A stretch of 64,000 nt of DNA from the NCBI GenBank assembly GCA_963815195.1, contig CAWFGE010000012.1:384001-448000 (forward strand), given 5' to 3'. The notes beneath the pieces are model-generated. The model made no database searches, was not told where the DNA came from, and saw only the letters and a list, made by a program, of their open reading frames with translations. This DNA comes from an uncultured Planctomycetaceae bacterium (GTDB lineage: Bacteria; Planctomycetota; Planctomycetia; Planctomycetales; Planctomycetaceae). The translations under genes were made by a program, and so were the position numbers. Of this stretch, positions 1 through 9,253 are shown in pieces (positions within the stretch are counted from its first letter, which is position 1; the number at the start of each line of letters is the position of its first letter).

Positions 1-1
1 T

Positions 2-428
2 GCACATGGTCCCGGGCGTTTGCGACGGCCTCTTCGATCATGGCGAATGTTTGATTGGTGTCCGAGAGGATTTCGACGCGGTTGCCGGTCGTGGGAACGG
101 TCTCGGCCACGCGGTTGGCGAGCCGCATCAGTTCCAACTGCTGGATCGACAGAGAGGCATCGGGGATGTATTGGTATTGCGACAGCTCCGGCAGGCTGCG
201 GCCGATCGCGCGGGCGGCGTGGGCCTTGCGGCGGCCCTTTCGCTCGACCTTGTTGATCCCGAAGATCAAAAACAAAACGCCCCCCAAAATCGGCAGCGTG
301 ACGATCGTAATCAGCCATGCGACCATCGACGAGGGATGCTTTCGGCGGTTGAGCATCAGCGATGGGACGAGCGCCAACTGCACCAGGTATCCCACCACCG
401 TGAACGTGCCGGCCCAAAACGAATCCAT
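2..428 (-). CDS. cls: Cardiolipin synthase, N-terminal part (runs off window start)
   Basis: Manual translation from ATG 428 (not in the ORF track): MDSFWAGTFTVVGYLVQLALVPSLMLNRRKHPSSMVAWLITIVTLPILGGVLFLIFG...GNRVEILSDTNQTFAMIEEAVANARDHV. Two TM helices with the PLDc_N pattern (AWL...P..G..L..FG), followed by the typical GN.V.L segment. Confidence 0.85.
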   Translation of the reverse strand, partial: MDSFWAGTFTVVGYLVQLALVPSLMLNRRKHPSSMVAWLITIVTLPILGGVLFLIFGINKVERKGRRKAHAARAIGRSLPELSQYQYIPDASLSIQQLELMRLANRVAETVPTTGNRVEILSDTNQTFAMIEEAVANARDHV

Positions 429-483
429 CGTGAAACGCCCCGCCTCAAAAAACACCGGGCGAACGGCCGCATCGAACCGTCCC

Positions 484-1130
484 CCCGGGGAAACTCATTC
501 GCATCGTCGCATTATGCATTAGCCGCAGTGCGCTAGCCCCGTGATTCATTCGCCGCAGTGCGCTCGCCCCGTGATTTATTAGCCGCCGGGCGCTAGCCCC
601 GGTTCCCTGAAAAATTCGGCCACCAGCGCCTTCAGCCCGATAACGCCACTCACTTGGCGGCAGGGGTGGCTGGGGCGCAAAAGAAAGTCCCGAGGACAAA
701 CAGGGTTTTGAAGGCTGGGGCCGTGTGACGATTTCTAGCTCGTCCATTGCCCCAGGATTTGCAATTTAAGCCTGTCCAAAGGGGAATTTGCGCCCAGCCA
801 CCCGCTCGGAAAACTCATGTTGCGTTATTCATCAAACTGTAAATGGAAGGTGCAGGGGGCGCAAAAGAAAGTCCCGAGGACAAACAGGGTTTTGAAGGCT
901 GGGGCCGTGTGACGATTTCTAGCTCGTCCATTGCCCCAGGATTTGCAATTTAAGCCTGTCCAAAGGGGAATTTGCGCCCAGGCACCCGACGCCCGGGGAA
1001 ATTCATGCCGCATCATTCATTAGCCGCCGGGCGCTAGCCCCGTGATTTATTAGCCGCCGGGCGCTAGCCCCGGTTCCCTGAAAGATTCGGCCACCAGCGC
1101 CTTCAGCCCGATAACGCCACTCACTTGGCG
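484..1130. repeat. Nested intergenic repeat cluster
   Basis: 30-bp period unit (YATTAGCCGCMGKGCGCTAGCCCCGTGATT) x~3 at 517-601 and x~2 at 1018-1072. A 59-bp block at 601-659 and 1072-1130 (1 mismatch). A 126-bp block at 672-797 and 856-981 (identical by eye) with inverted ends GGGCGCAAA/TTTGCGCCC. Confidence 0.95.
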
Positions 1131-2056
1131 AAGCCGACGTACTGCCGATACACCTTGGCCACGTTCGCGGCCTGGGTGTCGCCGGCGTGGATGTAGAGGC
1201 CGTACCGCAGCCGCAGCGTTTCGCCCGGTTTGACGGTGACAGACTTTTCTCGCTCTTTGCCGTTCGTGTAGGCTTTTTCTCCGAAGGGGCTGATGGAAAA
1301 CAGGCCGTAGTTACGGACGTGATACCGCGACGGCCGGAAGTTCTCGGGATTGTCAAACAGCGCGACGCCCAGGGTCTTGCCGTCGATCGTGCCGTAGTAA
1401 TCGACCCAGTCGGCGGTTTGGCCCCAGGCTTGTTTCGTGCCCATCTGGCCTTTGGAATTGACGACGTGCCCGGTCTCGCTTTCCCGCATGGAATCCACCA
1501 TGCGAAAACCGAACAGGCCTTCTTTGGTGTCGCCGAAGGACACGGGCTTGTTCAAGGCTTGGAAATGGATGTCGTACGCCATCAGGCCGTCGGCGAAAAT
1601 GCTGATCGTGGTGTCTTCTTCCAAAATCGGCTTGCCGTCTTCGCCCAGCCAATGGTTGACGAGTTCCAACTGGGCCGGGTTGCCTTTGGGCTTCAAGACC
1701 TTGGCGGAGACGTTTTCGATCTTGCCCTTCTCGGCCCAGAACTTGATCTCGTTGACCTCGTCCACCGCCACCCAAATTCCCTTGTGATGGGGATGGTCGG
1801 CTTTCGTGCCCGGCTTGGCGATGGGGCGGGTCATCACGGTGCCGTTCGGACCATAGACCGGCGAAGCGAACGGCTTGGGCCATTCCTTGCCGAGGTTGTA
1901 CACGGTCAGTTCCTGATCGCCGATAAACACGTTGACCAGGTCGTTCTTGGCGTCTTTTTCGATCCGCACCTGCTGGGACTCATCGGCCGCCATCGCCGGG
2001 CCGGCCAGCGCCAGCAGAACAGCGGCCAGGGCGACAAATTGCAATTCTCGTCTCAC
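1121..2056 (-). CDS. Secreted PmoA-family / DUF6807-type protein
   Basis: Signal peptide (GTG 2056 with GAGAGGA RBS). Motifs KP..P, DHPHHKGIW, FGDTKEG, W.DYYG, R.YGLF..SPFG, LRYGLYIH.GD. Confidence 0.75.
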   Translation of the reverse strand: MRRELQFVALAAVLLALAGPAMAADESQQVRIEKDAKNDLVNVFIGDQELTVYNLGKEWPKPFASPVYGPNGTVMTRPIAKPGTKADHPHHKGIWVAVDEVNEIKFWAEKGKIENVSAKVLKPKGNPAQLELVNHWLGEDGKPILEEDTTISIFADGLMAYDIHFQALNKPVSFGDTKEGLFGFRMVDSMRESETGHVVNSKGQMGTKQAWGQTADWVDYYGTIDGKTLGVALFDNPENFRPSRYHVRNYGLFSISPFGEKAYTNGKEREKSVTVKPGETLRLRYGLYIHAGDTQAANVAKVYRQYVGFAK

Positions 2057-2253
2057 GGTGGTTTCCTCTCGCTTGAACAACACGGGATGGAACGAAACAG
2101 TTGTTGTCAGAAATGGGAACACATCGGGCGGGGTCGTTCTTTCATCGTACCCGACCGAAACTTGCAGTCGAGGCCAAACCCCGCTAAAAGCGATGCTCTC
2201 GGATCCAGTTTACCTTGAAGAACCAGTTTACCGAAGCGACTCCGCCAAGTCCC

Positions 2254-2856
2254 ATGTCCGACGCCCCCAAACGCCAGCTGCCCGCGCCCGCTCCCCTTTA
2301 TGTCCCGCCCGCCCATCGCGAGACGGGGCTTTGGGAGATTTCCATCTGCGGCGACTTGACCGACAAACAGCCCGACCAAATCAGCCGGCTCACCGAGTTC
2401 CCCCGCAACAGCCGGGGGATCATCTATTTCGACTCCGGCGGCGGCAGCGTGTATGCGGGGCTGGCGTTGGCGACGGTCATTCGGCTGCGGGGGCTCCAAG
2501 CCATCGGCGTAGTGGCGGGGGAATGCTCGTCGGCGGCGATTCTGCCGTTCGCCGCGTGCGTCGAACGCTATGTCACGCCGCATTCGACGCTGCTGTTCCA
2601 TCCGATGCGCTGGCAAAGCGAAGAGGACGTCCGCTTTGAGGAAGCCGTGGAATGGGCCAGGCATTTTAAGGTGATGGAGCAAGACGTCGACCGCCTGCTC
2701 GCGCGGATGTTGGAGATTGACGAGGACAAGCTCGTCGAGTGGACCCGCCCGGGGCGGTATTTAATCGGCTCGGAACTCGTCGAAGCGGGCGTGGCCAAAA
2801 TGCTCGATCTCTTCGCCGGCAGCCTCTGGAGCCAAATCGCCTCGCCTCCCAAATAA
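2254..2856 (+). CDS. ClpP-like (Clp protease proteolytic subunit family) protein
   Basis: FDSGGGSVYAG, GECSSAA (nucleophile Ser) and LLFHPM (His). The start may be 2215 or 2254. Confidence 0.75.
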   Translation: MSDAPKRQLPAPAPLYVPPAHRETGLWEISICGDLTDKQPDQISRLTEFPRNSRGIIYFDSGGGSVYAGLALATVIRLRGLQAIGVVAGECSSAAILPFAACVERYVTPHSTLLFHPMRWQSEEDVRFEEAVEWARHFKVMEQDVDRLLARMLEIDEDKLVEWTRPGRYLIGSELVEAGVAKMLDLFAGSLWSQIASPPK

Positions 2857-2867
2857 GCCGAGGCGGG

Positions 2868-3068
2868 ACCACGAAAGACACGAAAAAAAGGCAAAAAACG
2901 GGGGCTAAACAAATATTCGCCGCCTCCGGCACCTCTCGAGAAATTGCCGGGAACTTCCCGCCCTGCGAAATCGTCTCTGTTTTGGCAGCGTGTCATGGCC
3001 AAAACCGTAAACTTTCTGAACACGCGATGACAATTGGTTTTTTCGTGTCATTCGTGTGTTTCTTGGTT
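2868..3068. repeat. Imperfect inverted-repeat element (ACCACGAAA-type)
   Basis: ACCACGAAAGACACGAAAA at ~2868-2887 faces TTTTCGTGTCATTCGTGTGTTTCTTGGT at ~3040-3067. Related left arms occur at ~50501 and ~60796. Confidence 0.6.
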
Positions 3069-3103
3069 CTCTTCCCCTGAACTCACACAATTTGGAGAGG
3101 TGC

Positions 3104-4276
3104 ATGATGATGGGCAATTCTCGAAGCATTGGTTGCGGACTATTTGTGGCGATTTTGTTGTCCGCGGGGATTTCCGTTCGCGCGGAAGAAGAAGCCAAAC
3201 CGAAACAACCGAAAGCCGACCATATTCAACTGGCGGTTTTGCTCGACACGTCCAACAGCATGGATGGGCTGATCAACCAGGCCCGCACGCAGCTTTGGAA
3301 AATCGTCAACGAACTCGCCACCGCCAAGCGAAACGGCCAATCGCCCCAACTCGAGGTCGCCCTCTACGAATACGGCAAACCGTCGCTCGGCAAGGAGACC
3401 GGCTACCTCCGGCAGATTGTGCCGCTGACCGATGATCTCGACAAGATCTCCGAGGAACTGTTCGCCCTTACGACCAACGGCGGCGAAGAGTATTGCGGCC
3501 AGGTCATTCAAGCCGCGACCAAGGGACTCAAATGGTCGGAATCGAACGACGATTTGAAATTGATCTTCATCGCCGGGAACGAAGCGTTTTCGCAAGGCGG
3601 CGTGGATTACAAGACCGCCTGCTCCGCGGCGATTGCCAAGGGGATCTCCGTCAACACGATTTTCTGCGGCGCCAAACAGGAAGGCATCCAGACGGGCTGG
3701 GAAGACGGGGCGAAACTGGCGGACGGGTCGTTTTTGAACATCGACCAGAACCAGAAAGTCGCAGAAATCACAACGCCTTTCGATGAAAAACTCACCAAAT
3801 TGAGTTCCGAAATCAACGAAACTTACCTGGCGTTCGGCTCCGCCGAGAACCGCAAAAAAGTCGCCGAGCGGCAAGTCGCCCAGGACCGCCTGGCGAAAGC
3901 CGCCGCTCCCGCCGCGGGCGCGGAACGGGCCGCGTTCAAAGGATCAGGCCAATACCGGGTCGGCGGCTTTGACCTGGTGAACGCCCTCGCCGACGGCAAG
4001 GTGAAGCTCAAAGACGTCAAAGACGAGGAACTGCCGGAGGAACTCAAGAAGATGTCCCTCAAAGAGCGGGAAGCCTACATCGAAAAGAAAAAGACCGAGC
4101 GGGAAAAGATCCAAAAGGAGATCCAGCAACTCGGCCAAAAGCGTAAAGAGTACATCGCGAAAAAACAGCGGGAAGAAGCCGAGAAATCCGGCAAGGGCGA
4201 AGTGAACACCCTGGACGCCGCGGTCATCCAAGCCCTCCGCGACCAGGCGAAGAAAAAGAAGTTTGAGTTGAAGTGA
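3104..4276 (+). CDS. Secreted vWA-domain protein with C-terminal coiled coil
   Basis: Signal peptide, MIDAS LLDTSNSMDG, TNGGEE, FIAGNE and a K/E-rich C-terminal helix. GGAGAGG RBS. Confidence 0.85.
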   Translation: MMMGNSRSIGCGLFVAILLSAGISVRAEEEAKPKQPKADHIQLAVLLDTSNSMDGLINQARTQLWKIVNELATAKRNGQSPQLEVALYEYGKPSLGKETGYLRQIVPLTDDLDKISEELFALTTNGGEEYCGQVIQAATKGLKWSESNDDLKLIFIAGNEAFSQGGVDYKTACSAAIAKGISVNTIFCGAKQEGIQTGWEDGAKLADGSFLNIDQNQKVAEITTPFDEKLTKLSSEINETYLAFGSAENRKKVAERQVAQDRLAKAAAPAAGAERAAFKGSGQYRVGGFDLVNALADGKVKLKDVKDEELPEELKKMSLKEREAYIEKKKTEREKIQKEIQQLGQKRKEYIAKKQREEAEKSGKGEVNTLDAAVIQALRDQAKKKKFELK

Positions 4277-4283
4277 GCCGAAA

Positions 4284-4321
4284 AAACAAATGGCCGGCGA
4301 TTTTCCGCCGGCCATTTGTTT
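4284..4321. terminator. Probable bidirectional intrinsic terminator
   Basis: Perfect 16-bp stem AAACAAATGGCCGGCG/CGCCGGCCATTTGTTT between convergent genes. Confidence 0.8.
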
Positions 4322-4327
4322 CAAACT

Positions 4328-5666
4328 CTATCCCTTGGCCGGCCGGAACGCTCGCTGGAGTTCTTCCAGCGAGGTGATTCCCTCGGCCACGAGTCTTAAA
4401 CCTTCTTTCTGAGTGGTCTGCATGCCGAGCTTGCGGACTTGGGATTTGATGGCGGCATAGGGGGGATTGGTGCCCAGGAACTCTTTGAGGTCGCTATTCA
4501 CCTCCACCATTTCGTACATCCCCGTCCGCCCCACGTAGCCCACGTCGCCGCAGGTTTCGCAGGGTTCCAGGTCCTCTTCGGTCACGTCGGGGTCGTCGGG
4601 ATCGGGCGGAGTCCGCGGGCGATAGAGCAGCTTGGTCTCCGGCGGCAGGCCGATTTTCTGCAGCAGCTTGGGATGCGGCCGGTACGCTTCCTTGCAGGTC
4701 ACGCAGAGCTTGCGAATAAGCTTGGTGCTGATCGACAGGCTCAGTTTTTTGGCGACTTCGTCCATCGAACCGACCCACTCGGCCAACTGCAAAATGCCGT
4801 GCACGGCATCCTTGGCGGGGGCTTCGCAAATCATCGCGGTCTTGTCGAGCCTCCGCGAACACCTCCTTGGCGCGGTCGGCGTCTTTGATGGGATTGATGT
4901 AGATCACGTCGGCTTCGAGCCGCTTCATCCGCATGACGGTGGTGGCGAAATCGTCGCCTTCCTTCGCCTGGAACGGCGTGACGTTCGGTAGATCGCGACC
5001 GCCCATGTCCGCCAGGCTGAAGCAGCTGTAAAGATAAACATCTACCGACCGCATCACCGCCCGCGAAGTGGTTGTCACGCCGGAATACGGCGGCCCGCAA
5101 ACCAAAATCAACCCCTGGCCTTGGGCGGCGTATTCGCGGATCTTCTCGCGCATCTCCGGCGAGAAGCCCAAATCGTTGGGCGTTTCCAGAATCTTCTTGG
5201 CGTTCTGGATATTGATCGTCAGCCGCTCCGCCCCCCCGCCCGCGGGTTCGCTCGCGACGTTGAGCAGATAGGGGGTCTCCTCGAACTCCGCTTTCACGCC
5301 GCCCGACTGCGGTTTGGCGCGTTCTTTGATGTCGAGCCCGCTCAAGAGCTTGATCATCTGCGTGACGGCGAGCGCCTGTTGCCGGGCCAGCTGCCCGCCG
5401 GGATACGCGATCCCGTCGATCATCAGCACGACGCGCACGGCCTGGCCTTTAGGCTCGAGGCGGACGCGCTCCGCCCGCCTGGAGATGGCGTCGGTGATCA
5501 GCTCTTTCGCAGGAATCAACCCCACCTGGGCGAGCCGGGCGTTCGCGGCCAGATCGACTTCATTTCCGTTGAAAGCCCCCTGAAAGAGGACATAATCTAT
5601 CTCTTCTTCGTCCTCTTCCTCATCGTCAAAATCGTCTTCTTCATCGCGTCGTCTGCGGAAAATCAC
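4328..5666 (-). CDS. GspE/PilB-like secretion ATPase homolog with degenerate motifs (one frameshift near 4850)
   Basis: IDG, LSGLDIKERAKPQSG, CxxC...CxxC, GYVGRTGMYE and VAEGITSLEEL match GspE/PilB. Walker A reads GPPYSGVTTT. ORFs 4494-5666 and 4328-4834 join. Confidence 0.8.
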
Positions 5667-5775
5667 GGACGTGTCCTCTTCATGGATAAACGGCTATTTC
5701 TCCCAAAACCTATTTTCTCAGTTCGCTCCGGGAAAGCCAACCCGCGAACCGGAAAAAACGGCGAGACGCGCAGGA

Positions 5776-6664
5776 TCATAAGAGGCCGTACGCCGTGAGC
5801 GATTTGGCGAGGCTGTCGCGCTGGGACTTGTCGAGGGGCGTCATCGGCAGCCGCAGTTCGCCGGTGTCCCGGCCCAACAGCTCCATCGCGGTTTTGATCG
5901 GAATGGGATTGGTCGCGAGGCCCAACAGATCCCGGCACAACGGAAACAGCCGGTAATGCCACTTTTGAGCCTCCGCGAGATTCCCCGCCGCGAACGCATC
6001 CAAGAGGGCCTTCACATCCTTGGGCACGATATTCCCCACGACCGACACGACGCCGCTGCCTCCGAGCGCCAGCAGCGGCAGCGTGAGGCTGTCGTCGCCG
6101 GAAAGAATCGTGAGGTCGCTATTCGCGAGGATCTGCGAGGCCTGATCCATCGAGCCGGTGGATTCTTTGACAGCGACGATGTTCCGGATTTCGCCCAGGC
6201 GGATGATCGTTTCCGGCTCCATGTTCTTCGCCGTCCGGCCGGGGATATTATAGAGCACGATCGGCAGATCCACTTCCGCGGCGACGGCTTTGAAGTGCTC
6301 GTAGAAGCCTTCCTGCGTCGGCTTGTTGTAATAAGGAGCGACCATCAGCGCCCCGTCGGCCCCGGCGGATTGGGCGGACTTGGTCAGGCGGATCGCTTCG
6401 CGGGTGCTGTTGGAGCCGGTGCCCGCCATGACTTTGATCCGCCCGGCCGCCTGCTCGCAGACCACCGCGATCACCCGCTCGTGCTCTTCATGCGACATGC
6501 GTGGGGCTTTCGCCGGTCGTCCCCACCGGGCTGACGCAATCGGTCCCCGCTTCCACATGATAATCCACGAGTTTCCGCAGCGCGGCCTCATCGATTTCCC
6601 CATCGCGAAACGGCGTCACCAACGCGACCGTCAGTCCCGCAAACTGCTCACCCTTTCGAGCCAT
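5776..6664 (-). CDS. dapA: 4-hydroxy-tetrahydrodipicolinate synthase (frameshift near 6500)
   Basis: Manual N-terminus [19 protein letters not shown]...GTTGESPT joins SHEEH...PYYNKP...LYNIPGRT...AVKES...LSGDD...NPIPIK. Confidence 0.93.
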
Positions 6665-6709
6665 CTTGTCCCTTTTGACGTTTTAGCGACCGAATGAAAC
6701 TGGGGGGCT

Positions 6710-6738
6710 GATACCCGGGCTGATACCCCCCGCTCGCC
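6710..6738. repeat. REP-like element (GGCGAGCGGGG...TCAGCCCCCC family) with an internal 12-bp duplication
   Basis: The reverse complement GGCGAGCGGGGGGTATCAGCCCGGGTATCAGCCCCCCAG resembles 19716-19744. Confidence 0.6.
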
Positions 6739-6756
6739 TTGCTTTCTGATCTTCGA

Positions 6757-7674
6757 TTAGCGGTTTTTCCAATCCACGTTCGCCATCTGAGCGAGCGCCA
6801 ATTGCAACGCGTGCGTGCCGTCGCGGCCGTGGCCGTTGGCTTGAACCGAGAGATAAAGCTGATGGGCCAGGGCCAACCCCGGCAGACAGAGGCCCATCCG
6901 TTTGGCTTCCGTCAAAGCGATGCCCATGTCTTTGATGAAATGCTCCACGAAGAAGCCGGGATCGAAATTGTTGTCCATAATCCGCGGCCCCAGGTTCGAC
7001 AGCGACCAGCTTCCCGCCGCCCCGCTGCTGACGGACAGCATCACCGTCGGCAAATCCAGCCCGGCTTTGTAGCCGTAGAGCAACGCTTCGCAGACGCCGA
7101 TCATTCCGGAGGCAATCAACGTTTGATTGACCATCTTGGTATGCTGCCCGGCTCCCGGTCCGCCTTGATAGACCACCGTTTTGCCCATCGCATCCCAGCA
7201 CGGTTGGAGGGCTTTGACGACATCTCGATCGCCGCCGATCATGATCGACAGCGTCCCGCTTTTCGCTCCGACATCGCCGCCGGAGACCGGGGCGTCGATG
7301 CTGGAAACGCCTTTATGTTTCGCGGCGTCGGCGATTTCGACGGCGAGCGAGGGTTCGCTGGTGGTCATGTCCACGAGCACGTTCCCGGCTTTGCAGCCCG
7401 CAAGGGCCCCATTTTCGCCGAGCATCACGGCCCGCACGTCCACCGGAAACCCGACGATGGCGAAGATCACGTCCGCGGCTTCGGCGACGGCTTTGGGGGA
7501 ATCGGCCCACGCTGCGCCCTTGGACAAAACGCCCTCGGCTTTGGATTTGTTCCGCGTGTAAACCGTGGCCTGAAACCCGGCGTCGATCAAATGGCCCACC
7601 ATGCTCGAGCCCATCACGCCGGTGCCGATCCAGCCAATGTTCGTCTTTCCGGGAGCAATCGTCGGTGCAGTCAT
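6757..7674 (-). CDS. NAD(P)-dependent beta-hydroxyacid dehydrogenase (GarR/MmsB-like)
   Basis: [39 protein letters not shown]. Confidence 0.9.
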   Translation of the reverse strand: MTAPTIAPGKTNIGWIGTGVMGSSMVGHLIDAGFQATVYTRNKSKAEGVLSKGAAWADSPKAVAEAADVIFAIVGFPVDVRAVMLGENGALAGCKAGNVLVDMTTSEPSLAVEIADAAKHKGVSSIDAPVSGGDVGAKSGTLSIMIGGDRDVVKALQPCWDAMGKTVVYQGGPGAGQHTKMVNQTLIASGMIGVCEALLYGYKAGLDLPTVMLSVSSGAAGSWSLSNLGPRIMDNNFDPGFFVEHFIKDMGIALTEAKRMGLCLPGLALAHQLYLSVQANGHGRDGTHALQLALAQMANVDWKNR

Positions 7675-7916
7675 CGTGCTTCTATTCCTCTTCTGTTGCA
7701 GGTTCACCGAGAGGGAAATCGTCGTCGTTTGCGGGGTCTGGCCCAAACGACCCGCAGTATATCGGATGCCCTTCCGCAAGTCACCCGTGAGGCGAACGCG
7801 ATCACGCACCTGCAAAACTCATGCGAAATCGACGACCGGCATCGATGAAGAAGCGGCTGGGTGAGCGATTCGATCTCCGCGACGAGCTGCAAAGCCAATG
7901 CGCCGGTTTCCCGGAT

Positions 7917-8414
7917 TCATTTCACTTCCAGGTCGATGGCCGAGAAGTGTTCGTGGTCGCTTTGGCTGTTTTGGGTCTCGACGCGCACGAGATAGATGCC
8001 CGGCTCGTCAATGCGGAATTTCAATCTCGCCCCGGCCCGGCCTTTGGGTTTGAAATTCAAAGTGGCCTTGCCTTGGGTGACGACGCCTTTGCTGAGTTTG
8101 GGCACGCTTTTAACGCTGAACTTTCCGGTGCGGACCACGAAGTATCGCACGGTGACATTTTTGATGACTTCGTGCGGATAGACGTTGGTCAGGACGAACT
8201 GCATCACGAGGGGATCGCCGGTCTGGACCGTCAAGCGGCGCCGGGGATTGACGCCGCCGGGCGGCGGTTCCTCGTCGGCGAAGGCCTCCTGCTTGTCCTT
8301 CGGGCCGATCACCCGCAGGTCGATCGCCGAATGCTCGGCCCAAGCGACGGACGGAACCACGATTCCTGCAAAGAGAAGCCACAGCGGGCGGCGAAACACC
8401 TTGGAACGGATCAT
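7917..8414 (-). CDS. Secreted hypothetical beta-rich protein (paralog B)
   Basis: ATG 8414 overlaps the upstream stop (ATGA). Signal peptide ending AWA. C-terminus PGIYLVRVET...DHEHFSAIDLEVK. Confidence 0.75.
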   Translation of the reverse strand: MIRSKVFRRPLWLLFAGIVVPSVAWAEHSAIDLRVIGPKDKQEAFADEEPPPGGVNPRRRLTVQTGDPLVMQFVLTNVYPHEVIKNVTVRYFVVRTGKFSVKSVPKLSKGVVTQGKATLNFKPKGRAGARLKFRIDEPGIYLVRVETQNSQSDHEHFSAIDLEVK

Positions 8415-8998
8415 TTCTCTTTCCCCCCTGTCTTCGCCTGTTTGACGACCAGATCCATGGCGGCGTAGTGATCGTGCCCGTGGGGTTTTTCCATGCCCAC
8501 GGTTTCCACGCGCAGCAGATAACTGCCGGGGTCGTGGATTTTCAGCGTCCACTGCCAGTCCGCAGCGTCGCCCGGCTTGAAATCCATGGTCAGCGCGCCT
8601 TCGTAGGTCACGTCCTGGGTGAGCTGGGGCACCTCGGCCTGGCCGGTCTTTTTCTCCTGGACCACGAAAAAATGCACGAGCACATCCTCGAATGTCTCGG
8701 ATTGGCTTGTGTTTTTCGCATGCCAGGACACGCGCACGGCCTCGCCCCGGTCGAGTTCGACGATCGGCCGGTTCGGAGGCTTTTTCGCCGGCAACGTTTC
8801 CACGGTTTCTTTCGTGGAGACGGAATCCTTCTTCCCGGAAGCGGGCTCCTTCGGGACGTTGGCATCTTTTTTCGCGGAGACCGCCGGAACGCTGCGATCG
8901 ACCTTCAACGTGAATTGAAAATCGTCCGCCAGGACCGGTGTTATTCCGGTAAAAATGAGGCCGGCGAAAGCAATGAGTTTCGCGAGAAAACGGATCAT
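8411..8998 (-). CDS. Secreted hypothetical beta-rich protein (paralog A)
   Basis: GGGAGGAG RBS, signal peptide ending VLA, C-terminus PGSYLLRVET...HGHDHYAAMDLVVK. Confidence 0.75.
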   Translation of the reverse strand: MIRFLAKLIAFAGLIFTGITPVLADDFQFTLKVDRSVPAVSAKKDANVPKEPASGKKDSVSTKETVETLPAKKPPNRPIVELDRGEAVRVSWHAKNTSQSETFEDVLVHFFVVQEKKTGQAEVPQLTQDVTYEGALTMDFKPGDAADWQWTLKIHDPGSYLLRVETVGMEKPHGHDHYAAMDLVVKQAKTGGKEK

Positions 8999-9253
8999 CG
9001 GCTCCTCCCGTATCGAGCAAATGGTCTCGGCGCTCGGCGATGCGCGAGCAACACAACAATTCTACAGGATCTGGTCCCGGAACGATACGGCGGGGCGAAG
9101 CACTCTGAGCTCAACAGGATTTCTTTCGGCCCTCGGTCGAATCTTCTTCCGGGCAGGCGTATCATGGGAACTCGCATGTTGAGATGCTTGACCGTTTGAA
9201 ACGTGCGCCGTGACGCTCGCGTTTCTGCCCGGATTTTCTGCCCCGGATAAAGG

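Noticed and set aside
517..1072. 30-bp repeats as a CRISPR array
   Set aside because: The units are directly tandem with no unique spacers, no cas genes are present, and the same motif occurs as a dispersed REP at 12264.
1121..2056. Particulate methane monooxygenase
   Set aside because: The PmoA label here is only a family name. The protein is a secreted beta-protein without multi-pass TM helices, and there is no pmoB or pmoC.
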